Shown here: positions 1-7,242 of the stretch, one piece after another
Numbering within the stretch: position 1 is the first letter of the stretch
Layout of the letters: each line of letters begins with the position of its first letter
The notes under the pieces: model-generated
Databases searched by the model: none
The model's input: only the letters and a program-made list of their open reading frames with translations
What the model was told of the DNA's origin: nothing
Made by a program: the position numbers and the translations under genes
Assembly: GCA_044344945.1 (NCBI GenBank)
Contig: JBIJBZ010000002.1
Location: forward strand, 1-59,062
Direction of reading: 5' to 3'
Source: Bdellovibrionota bacterium
Lineage (GTDB): Bacteria; Bdellovibrionota_C; UBA2361; OMII01
DNA: 59,062 nucleotides

Positions 1-449
1 ATACCGGGGAAGGTGATGATATCAGGGATAATCATGTAATCGATATCGATCACAGTAATGAGGATAAGGCAGCTTACTATAAGAAAAGCTACAGCCGCGG
101 TCGGGGTGAGGCCAAAGCGAAGGTAGCAGGTCGCGCAGAGGAGGCCGCTTACAAGTTCAATCAGAAAGTAACGAAATGGGATCTTTGCTTTACAGTACCC
201 GCACCGTCCCAATAAAAAGAGCCATGAGAAGAGCGGGATGACGTGAAGCCACGAGAGCTGCCGTTTGCATTGAGGGCAGAACGAGCGCGAGGGATGAACG
301 ACAGAGAGGTGCCCCTCAGTAACCGGAATCCCCTCTCGTGCTGGCTCGTATTTCCCCATCGGGATCCGATAGGCGCACAACCCGAGGAAGCTCCCCGTAG
401 AGATACCAATCATAAAACAGAATGTTGCGATGACGATCGTGGTGAGCAT
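1..449 (-). CDS. pilD: Prepilin (type IV) leader peptidase, A24 family. N-terminal part only; the C-terminus runs off the window start.
   Basis: Not in the ORF track because it is edge-truncated. The reverse-strand ATG at 449 gives MLTTIVIATFCFMIGISTGSFLGLCAYRIP...CPQCKRQLSWLHVIPLFSWLFLLGRCGYCKAKIPFRYFLIEL...VIDIDYMIIPD. This shows the CxxC...CxxC zinc motif and the first catalytic-Asp region typical of PilD. Confidence 0.7.
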   Translation of the reverse strand, partial: MLTTIVIATFCFMIGISTGSFLGLCAYRIPMGKYEPAREGIPVTEGHLSVVHPSRSFCPQCKRQLSWLHVIPLFSWLFLLGRCGYCKAKIPFRYFLIELVSGLLCATCYLRFGLTPTAAVAFLIVSCLILITVIDIDYMIIPDIITFPG

Positions 450-544
450 GGACCTCCGTAGGAGTTTGATTCCGCAAATAGGTAATAGGGTCTAATAATT
501 TTGCGTAGTCCGAAATAGAAAATGAACGTTTTGGGAACAGCGTC

Positions 545-1279
545 TCATTTTGTTGCGGATGAGGCGGTTAATGGAGGGTCGTGACGACCTAAGCCCAGCA
601 CGCCGAGCCGTTGCCGCCGTACAAAAAGCACGAGCCCGGAAAGTGCCAGAAGAAGTGAGAGGAGTTGGTATCCGGTCCACGGGGCAACCAGGAGCGTTTC
701 GTGTCGCATCCATTCGTGAAAGAACCGGAACGTTCCGTATGAGATCATGTAGAGGTGAAAGTGTTGGCCGGGCAGAATTCCTCGTCGCCGCAAGATCATG
801 AAGACCGCTGCAGCAACGAGATTAAAGATTAGCTCAACTTCAGCCGCAGGCCAGTGTACTGATCCATCCGCGTGCGTGACGGTATACCATGCAGGAGGTA
901 GTTCCTGGCCTGGGCAACACCGATTCACCATGCATCCGATCCTTCCGAGTGCGATACTGAGTGGCACCATCTGAGCAAAGAGGTCCCCTGTGACTCCTTG
1001 GTACCGCACGAGCTTCTTGGCGAGCTCGACTCCGATGTATCCACCAAGTAGCCCACCTACGACGGTTTTTCCAACCAGCACCATCTCCATCCAGCGTGGA
1101 TTGTGCAAAAGCACGTGAACTTCAGAGAAGCAGTATCCGAGCTTTGACCCGAACGCTGCTCCACAAAGAGCACCGAGTACTACCAGTACCATCTCAGGTG
1201 AGTCCCCTCGGCGCGAGCGCCAGAAGGCAAGGCTACACCCAATTGCAAGCAGCATGAGAATGCTTGAGACGATACTCAT
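545..1279 (-). CDS. Divergent Lgt-like (prolipoprotein diacylglyceryl transferase family) polytopic membrane protein
   Basis: 244 aa and multi-TM. The GGLLGGYIG and ALGRIGCMVNRCCPGQE blocks resemble the Lgt family, but the canonical GRxGNFxNxE signature is altered. Its ATG overlaps the upstream stop (ATGA at 1276-1279). Confidence 0.55.
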   Translation of the reverse strand: MSIVSSILMLLAIGCSLAFWRSRRGDSPEMVLVVLGALCGAAFGSKLGYCFSEVHVLLHNPRWMEMVLVGKTVVGGLLGGYIGVELAKKLVRYQGVTGDLFAQMVPLSIALGRIGCMVNRCCPGQELPPAWYTVTHADGSVHWPAAEVELIFNLVAAAVFMILRRRGILPGQHFHLYMISYGTFRFFHEWMRHETLLVAPWTGYQLLSLLLALSGLVLFVRRQRLGVLGLGRHDPPLTASSATK

Positions 1280-2640
1280 GCGCGGCTATCTGGAAATCCG
1301 GAGTAGTATCGACAGAAGGAATCGAGCTTTCCATCTGGTCGGATTACGTGGGTACAACACCTATCGATCCGATCATCATCCCAGGTTCGAGCATCCATGA
1401 AGGGTTTAATAAAAAGCCTGAATGTGTGCGACTCATCAAGTTCAAACTGCTTAAGAAGTGCCCCCAGGGGCTCTGACTCGCAGCCGCACTGAGAGAGATC
1501 CTCAAGGCTGTAGCGAATTCGGTCGGCGAGAAATCCTTGTAGAGACTTAAGGTTTATAAGGTCGCTCATCGACTGAATACCGCCGTCAACTTTAAGAAGA
1601 TATCCGATCGTAGCGCAGTTTGGGTCACCGCACGGCAGGGGGGTGAAGTCGTCGTATTTCAGCTTGCCGCTTGATTGCTCAACGGCGCTCACGATTATAT
1701 CAGCCACTGAGTACGGAGAGCTGCTCCAGTTTACTCCGGCTGGCTGCCGTCCACTTACAAATACGGGCTGAAATGAGATTCCGCGAATATTTGGAAATGA
1801 AAGCCCATACTCGACCGAAGACCACAGGTTCCCGATGTTCTCCGGTGTTACCGTCATCGCAAGGGTAACGGGGAGCTTCATGTCACAGGCACGTCGAATA
1901 GCGGCATCCTTGATCGCCCGCAGATCTGCTCCGCGCAGCTCCTTTTGTCCTGCGACCTCGGTGCCGTCAAATTGGAGATAGAGCTGTAGGTTGTCGTACG
2001 AGACTCGCTTTGAAAGTTCAGCGGCAAACGATTCGTCCTTAGCCAACAGCACACCGTTGGTATTGATGAGCAGGTACTGAATTCGAGGCTCTGACTTGAT
2101 CCAGTCAATTAGTTCAAAAAATTGCGGATGGAGCGTGGGCTCGCCCCCAGAGAGCTGCAGGATCTCAATCCCTCCTTTTCGGTCGAGTACGCCGCAAATC
2201 CGCTCTTTGATCGCCTCAAGTGAATGCGCGGCGACCTTTGCGCCAGTTCCAACGGGTGAGTTGGCATAGCAGGTGGGGCAGGCGAGGTTACAAGAATCAA
2301 CGATCTCGATCAGTGCGAGGCAGGTCGAGAGCGATTCGAATGGAGTCGATGCTGGAAGTTGAGCATTGCGGCCGAGAACTCCAGTGGCCGATTCAGCGGC
2401 ATTGCAGGTTTGTCCTGGAGCGCAGCAGCTCTGCGAGCCACGTGAGAGCCAATAGAAGCGATTGTCGCTGCTTAGTAGGTAGGACTGCTCTCCGTGTTCG
2501 GCACAGGTGCGTTCCAATACTATCTGTTGTCCCACCTGCACGACTCTTGCCGGTGCTTGGGAAAAACAGATGGTACAACGACTTGTCGTTTCTTTAATTA
2601 TTCTCCTGTCTGCTGTGATGATGGGAAGCGATCTTATCAT
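1276..2640 (-). CDS. Radical SAM enzyme, COG1964/MJ0619-like architecture (N-terminal Cys-rich ribbon, radical SAM core, C-terminal Cys cluster)
   Basis: Contains CNLACPTCYA (CxxxCxxC) and LQLSGGEPTLHP. N-terminal CTICF...RTCAEHG; C-terminal RCCTHVIRPDGKLDSFCRYY. Confidence 0.8.
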   Translation of the reverse strand: MIRSLPIITADRRIIKETTSRCTICFSQAPARVVQVGQQIVLERTCAEHGEQSYLLSSDNRFYWLSRGSQSCCAPGQTCNAAESATGVLGRNAQLPASTPFESLSTCLALIEIVDSCNLACPTCYANSPVGTGAKVAAHSLEAIKERICGVLDRKGGIEILQLSGGEPTLHPQFFELIDWIKSEPRIQYLLINTNGVLLAKDESFAAELSKRVSYDNLQLYLQFDGTEVAGQKELRGADLRAIKDAAIRRACDMKLPVTLAMTVTPENIGNLWSSVEYGLSFPNIRGISFQPVFVSGRQPAGVNWSSSPYSVADIIVSAVEQSSGKLKYDDFTPLPCGDPNCATIGYLLKVDGGIQSMSDLINLKSLQGFLADRIRYSLEDLSQCGCESEPLGALLKQFELDESHTFRLFIKPFMDARTWDDDRIDRCCTHVIRPDGKLDSFCRYYSGFPDSRA

Positions 2641-2646
2641 GCGAAT

Positions 2647-3024
2647 TCAAAAGCCCGTGAGTGCTGTGCAGGTGGCAAAACTGATGAAAGCGTTTGTCAG
2701 AAGAATCCCAAACCAGATTAGGACTCCAATGAAGGGCCTCAGCGGCGTGTCTGACTTTAGTCCTCGAGCTAGCGTATATGAGGAGACGATCGGTGCAATA
2801 CACAACACTAGTCCCGCAAGAAAGAGGCCGCTAATAAGGATGGAGCTGCTTTCAGCGTCCGATAATAAAAACCCTGAGAGCGATGCGAGTGCTAAGGTTC
2901 CGAACAAGCAAAGTGTAGGGGAGAATATCAAGAAAGGCAGGAGCAGAAGAGACGCCGGCTTTGAGTCGGTGATTTTACCCTGCTGCCCACTTGCACGAGT
3001 ATTATCGCTTGGCTCTGGGTTCAT
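2647..3024 (-). CDS. Small polytopic membrane protein, paralog 2
   Basis: 125 aa and hydrophobic. It shares LFLIFSPT and NAFISFATCTAL blocks with the adjacent 138-aa ORF. 6-nt gap to the radical SAM start. Confidence 0.55.
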   Translation of the reverse strand: MNPEPSDNTRASGQQGKITDSKPASLLLLPFLIFSPTLCLFGTLALASLSGFLLSDAESSSILISGLFLAGLVLCIAPIVSSYTLARGLKSDTPLRPFIGVLIWFGILLTNAFISFATCTALTGF

Positions 3025-3027
3025 GGT

Positions 3028-3444
3028 TTATCCTCCAAAAAGGGCAACGCATGTGCCGAAGCAAACAAAGGCATTCAAGGCCCCAATTCCGCCCCAGATG
3101 GCGAAGCCGGCGATGAACCGTAGAAATGGATGTACGTCTAGTCGGCCAGCTACCTTTCTGGCGCAAGCAATCGGCCCCAGACTAGCGACGAAACCGAGAA
3201 TGGCAACCAAGGGTATGCCGACGAGAGACACGAGTTGATACATAGCGCTCGAGAATGGTTTTTGGGGCAGATATGATGGTGGTCCGGCCAACAGTGCAAG
3301 GGTTAACAGAGTCGCAGGAACTGCCCAGATAGTTGGTGAGAAGATAAGAAAAAGCCAAACGAGCGTGCCCGTCGAGCTGCTAGCTTGATCGGAGCTTGGC
3401 GTGGTCTCTTCAGCTTTATCGCTCATACCATACAACTGTGCCAC
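3028..3444 (-). CDS. Small polytopic membrane protein, paralog 1
   Basis: 138 aa. Blocks WLFLIFSPT...NAFVCFGTCVALFGG match paralog 2. 3-nt gap to paralog 2. Confidence 0.55.
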   Translation of the reverse strand: MAQLYGMSDKAEETTPSSDQASSSTGTLVWLFLIFSPTIWAVPATLLTLALLAGPPSYLPQKPFSSAMYQLVSLVGIPLVAILGFVASLGPIACARKVAGRLDVHPFLRFIAGFAIWGGIGALNAFVCFGTCVALFGG

Positions 3445-3729
3445 GCATGTTGCGCTCTCTCAAGACAGTTAAGGGGCTTGGATAGACTGTACAATTATTC
3501 GTGTTTAAACGCATGGGGTTTAATTGTCCGAATCCTGTTAACGCTGATACATCCCGCAATCTTTGTCGTGTCGAATCCGGGCCAGGTTCGCCAATCACAT
3601 GGCGCTTTTGGATAATACGATTGGTCACTTGAGAGTTTGCCTTCGAATGAGACTTGGTAGTTGGCTGCCGTGGCTGTGGGAAAATATGGAATAGGCCTCA
3701 ATTCTGGATGTGAATTAATCATCGTGTCG

Positions 3730-4164
3730 CTAAGAATTGCTGCAAAGACTCTTTTCGAGTTGTCTTCGTAGAACCAATTTCCTAAACAACTCCACGCGAG
3801 GCGGCCTTTGAATCAGACCTGAGTAGATTCCGCTAACGCCACGTTTGCGCATATCATCGCGGTTACGGTGAAGAACCAATTTTTCATGGGGCTGTTCCTT
3901 CCATTCATGTCGACCCGGATCCCTATTTTCGCCCCGAATGAAGATTGATTCAACTAGAGCCAACAGTATCGCTCCCACTCCTTTTGAAAGTGAGAGTGCA
4001 GCTCTCTTTTCCGGCAGAAGCCGCGTATCCACCATAGAGGGTCGGGCGGTATTAGTGTCGAGTAGATGGCCCATGTGAAGCAGGCGTTTGCTAAGAGGAT
4101 TGCAGATAGGCCGAAGTGCTCGGACTAGTCTCGATGCGCCGTGAATAGGCGCGATGCAAGACAC
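3730..4164 (-). CDS. Hypothetical protein (weak GNAT-like SKGVGAILLALVE block)
   Basis: ORF only; the motif resemblance is weak. Confidence 0.3.
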   Translation of the reverse strand: MSCIAPIHGASRLVRALRPICNPLSKRLLHMGHLLDTNTARPSMVDTRLLPEKRAALSLSKGVGAILLALVESIFIRGENRDPGRHEWKEQPHEKLVLHRNRDDMRKRGVSGIYSGLIQRPPRVELFRKLVLRRQLEKSLCSNS

Positions 4165-4434
4165 TGCCCCTCACAACAGAAGACTGAACTCGGGAAGGAT
4201 AAAGATGATGCTAACAGGGTATAGCTGTGCGTGGATAGTAGGATCGGCAAGAGAGTGTGGCGTATGGGTACGCAAAACGTGGGGAGAATATCAAGAGAAT
4301 CATGCGTAGAAGGGATGTTGGCCTTGAGGAAGTGGTTTGATCGTAGCGCCTAATCCCACGTGTTTTATTGGCTGGATCGTGCTTCAAGAGCCTCGTCGTG
4401 GAGTGGCTAGGGAGATTAGGAAGTCATGCGGGGT

Positions 4435-4878
4435 TTAAGGCATACGCACACCCTTCTCGATTAAGGCTTCGCGGAATAGTCCGCTGGGCAGAGGAATTCC
4501 GTATGTAGCGTAGTCCCGCAATGAGAGAGAGTATGCATCGATCCCGCCCGCTTTGCTGATCACGTGGTCAGCATACCCGAGGGCAAGTTGACGCTTGGCT
4601 GCTGCCGGTATTGCCGCTCCACCGTCATTCGCCGTGTTAGTGAATATCTGCTGGTCTTGGGCAAGGACCTCAGATCTGTTTGATTTAGAATCCGTGCGGC
4701 TGATCTCATACCAAGCTCCCTCGCCATTCGTCGCCGACACGACACGGTAGACCGAGTCAGACGATGATGACTCCGCGATAACTGTCTTCTGTAACGGAGA
4801 TGCATAGAGGGGAGGCGCCATAAAAGCGCCCATAACGCAGACGAAGATGAATCTGAAATATGCACAGTACCGTTTCAT
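4435..4878 (-). CDS. Small secreted protein (signal peptide MKRYCAYFRFIFVCVMGAFMAPPLYA)
   Basis: I chose the internal ATG at 4878. It lies 10 nt after the upstream stop and gives a clean signal peptide. The longer 4435..5130 ORF would overlap the upstream gene. Confidence 0.5.
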   Translation of the reverse strand: MKRYCAYFRFIFVCVMGAFMAPPLYASPLQKTVIAESSSSDSVYRVVSATNGEGAWYEISRTDSKSNRSEVLAQDQQIFTNTANDGGAAIPAAAKRQLALGYADHVISKAGGIDAYSLSLRDYATYGIPLPSGLFREALIEKGVRMP

Positions 4879-4888
4879 ATGTGTCTCT

Positions 4889-5686
4889 CTATACCGGGAT
4901 AAAATACCGGGTTGCTCCATAGTTTCGCTCCCAACTATACGCATCATAGTTCTGCTGAATTGAGCCACTACTACTCGAATTGCTCCAAATTGTAGACCCT
5001 CTGCCCCAACCGATATGGGATCCGTTAGCCCCATACGAGTAGTTTGAGGCAATAATAAAGTCCCTGCCACTGGCAATAGCCTGATCTCGTGAGACCTGCA
5101 TAAACGCCTGTGGATTACGGAACATCGCATCCATGGTATCCTTTACTGAGAGCGGGTTGCCACCTCCTCCGTACATGCCTGTGATCGTTCCACCAGTTAT
5201 CTGTCTGAATATATCGTTTACGACCCAGGCGCATGCGAGATTGCCACCATCGGTGCCTGGGATGCCGCTGGTATCTTGCCCAATTCGGCCCATAATAGCG
5301 CTCGTGAATGAGCCAGGCGCGCCACCCATGAAGCTAGCAACTCCTCCTATCGGAAGGCCTAGCTGCCCCATAAGTGTTTGCACAAGCACGTTAAGAAGCA
5401 GTTCGCCAATTACGCCTGAATCTAACCCAACGCTACCTGCGTTGCCGGAATCTTGTCCGGTATTGAGCCTAGCCCTATCATTAGGCATACGCTGGGGGGA
5501 GGGGCTGGGTGGTACAAATCCATCGACCGCTACCTTCTGTAAGCGGCCGCCGGACGAGGTGTTGGTAAGTAGACCGGCAGGATTGTTGGGAATTCCGACT
5601 GCTTCGGGGAGAGATCCAAAAGGGACCAGAGACACTGCTGCTAGAATCAGTACGAATCGCGTGGTTGAAGGTATATTCTGCTTCAT
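4889..5686 (-). CDS. Secreted protein with a C-terminal Cys/His papain-fold-like (NlpC/P60/CHAP-like) candidate hydrolase domain
   Basis: Signal peptide MKQNIPSTTRFVLILAAVSLVPFG, then a Gly/Ser-rich linker. GNLACAWVVNDIF is a candidate nucleophile Cys, followed by GSHIGWG and WSNSS. Confidence 0.5.
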   Translation of the reverse strand: MKQNIPSTTRFVLILAAVSLVPFGSLPEAVGIPNNPAGLLTNTSSGGRLQKVAVDGFVPPSPSPQRMPNDRARLNTGQDSGNAGSVGLDSGVIGELLLNVLVQTLMGQLGLPIGGVASFMGGAPGSFTSAIMGRIGQDTSGIPGTDGGNLACAWVVNDIFRQITGGTITGMYGGGGNPLSVKDTMDAMFRNPQAFMQVSRDQAIASGRDFIIASNYSYGANGSHIGWGRGSTIWSNSSSSGSIQQNYDAYSWERNYGATRYFIPV

Positions 5687-5834
5687 AATCGCGCCTCCCT
5701 CGTACCTCTCTGTTGTGCCACAACTCCGCTTCTTGTCCTGTTATGAGCCTTCTAGTATCTGACGTGACTTATGCACGAAAAGACGATGGGCCGAGGTCGT
5801 ATGAACGTGCGATCTAGCTCTGCGCTTTAAACAA

Positions 5835-5925
5835 GGAACACTTACTTGTGAGTAAGTCGCTACATGCGCAGAAGTAGTGCGGGACCCAGAATATGGGGAG
5901 CGCTTTACTCACAAGTAGGTGTTCC
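5835..5925 (+). repeat. Repeat family R75, copy A: ~75-nt core closed by 22-nt inverted ends GGAACAC...GTGTTCC
   Basis: The core gtcgctacatgcgcagaagtagtgcggg...agcgctttactcacaagtaggtgttcc recurs at 27313-27381 (-) and 27823-27893 (+). The arm at 5835-5856 is complementary to 5904-5925. Confidence 0.7.
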
Positions 5926-6398
5926 TTGAAGTGGATCGTCAAATTTTATCCTTACTCATCAACACTTCATACGGATCAATGCGGCGCATTGCTCAGTTGC
6001 TTGGTATCCCTTCCGCTACGCTCGCTTACCGTATTGACCGACTCGAGCGAGCTGGGGTAATTGCGGGTTGCTACCGCCTTGTGGATATCAAACCGATCTC
6101 TCATATGCCAACGGTGCTATTGATGCGGACTCGACTCTTCGATGAAGAGCAGCACAAAACTTTGCGGGAGTTTTGCAAAAATCACCCACAAATAGTCTAC
6201 CTCGATATCATGATCAGCCAGTGGGGTGCGCGGGCTTTTATGAGTGCTGAATCCCACCAACAGAGACTAGACGTTGTTCATGCACTGACCTTGAAATTCT
6301 CTCCGAAGATTGAGTCAATCTGCGTAATGCCCCAACTCCGTTTCCATCGTTTCTCTACCTATCCCTTTGTGAAATTTGAGGCGGTGAGGCCAACGTAG
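5919..6398 (+). CDS. Lrp/AsnC family transcriptional regulator
   Basis: HTH block SMRRIAQLLGIPSATLAYRIDRLERAGVI plus a C-terminal RAM-like region. The start is uncertain (GTG 5919 lies inside repeat A; GTG 5931 is the alternative). Confidence 0.8.
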   Translation: MFLEVDRQILSLLINTSYGSMRRIAQLLGIPSATLAYRIDRLERAGVIAGCYRLVDIKPISHMPTVLLMRTRLFDEEQHKTLREFCKNHPQIVYLDIMISQWGARAFMSAESHQQRLDVVHALTLKFSPKIESICVMPQLRFHRFSTYPFVKFEAVRPT

Positions 6399-6696
6399 GG
6401 GGTTTGAACGGCCCGGACTTCTTGGGAGCAGAGTACCTTGGATATCCCTTCTGTGCTGACTTAATTGCCATTTAGTTGGGTTATATGTTCCTCCTGGGAG
6501 AGTTGTCCGGTAGCTGCGAATCGCCTTTTTGTGCACATTGAGCGGCGAACCCGCCGGAAGCGGAGGTAATTAAGGGATCTGACGGATGGCGTAAGGCTTG
6601 TACGCATGCGTCATCCGTTGATACAGGTGCCACCAAACGGTAGCCGAGCGTGCTAGATTAAGGCAATTAACTGTGATGGTCATATCTGAGGGTCCT

Positions 6697-7188
6697 ATGC
6701 GAATTCTCATAGCTTTACTTCTTGTAACCCCTTCAACGGTCTTTGCGCAGGGATATCCGCTCACTGGTAGCACAATCATTCATCAAGGCGGTAACCAAAT
6801 CGCGATTGTTCCCCAGGTAGGTGCGATGCCTGAGCGAAACAGTGCGGGATGGAACACCGGCTACAGTGTCGTCACATCGACCGAGGAGCGACCCAATCCA
6901 CTTGGCTCATTGATGGGTGGAAGTGACACGGTTCTTGAGAGTCGGACTCAGGTTGTGCCGAATAATGCGTTAGGCCAACCGATGCCGGGCGGATACCGGC
7001 CTTTTGAGGAACCGAATAGCGCTGGTTGGACCACAGGCTACAGTGTCGTCACTTCCACCTATGAGCGACCGAATCCTTTAGGGCATGCGCTTGGTGGAAG
7101 CGAGACAGTTACGGAGACGACGACGCGAGTGCTGCCGAACGATGCGTTGGGAAATCCGATTAGGCCGCTACTGCCTCTGTGGCCGTGA
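6697..7188 (+). CDS. Secreted protein with an internal ~58-aa tandem duplication
   Basis: Signal peptide MRILIALLLVTPSTVFAQG. NSAGWNTGYSVVTSTEERPNPLG...VPNNALGQP is repeated as NSAGWTTGYSVVTSTYERPNPLG...LPNDALGNP. Confidence 0.6.
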   Translation: MRILIALLLVTPSTVFAQGYPLTGSTIIHQGGNQIAIVPQVGAMPERNSAGWNTGYSVVTSTEERPNPLGSLMGGSDTVLESRTQVVPNNALGQPMPGGYRPFEEPNSAGWTTGYSVVTSTYERPNPLGHALGGSETVTETTTRVLPNDALGNPIRPLLPLWP

Positions 7189-7242
7189 GGAAGGTACTTA
7201 TGCCCTTTTTTACAAGTAAAAAGATTGGAAAAACTCGCGGAA

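Noticed and set aside
2507-3238. 243-aa plus-strand ORF antisense to the two small membrane protein genes
   Set aside because: The composition is Arg/Lys/Ser-rich with no motifs. The minus-strand ORFs are paralogous to each other at the protein level and fit a tight operon, so the plus ORF is most likely a shadow ORF.
4879-5130. N-terminal extension of ORF 4435..5130 overlapping the upstream gene by ~240 nt
   Set aside because: The internal ATG at 4878 gives a classical signal peptide and a 10-nt intergenic gap. The extension has no coding-like features.
5133-5762. 209-aa plus-strand ORF antisense to the secreted hydrolase candidate
   Set aside because: A Pro/Ser-rich shadow of a GC-rich gene. 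It has no start context or motifs.
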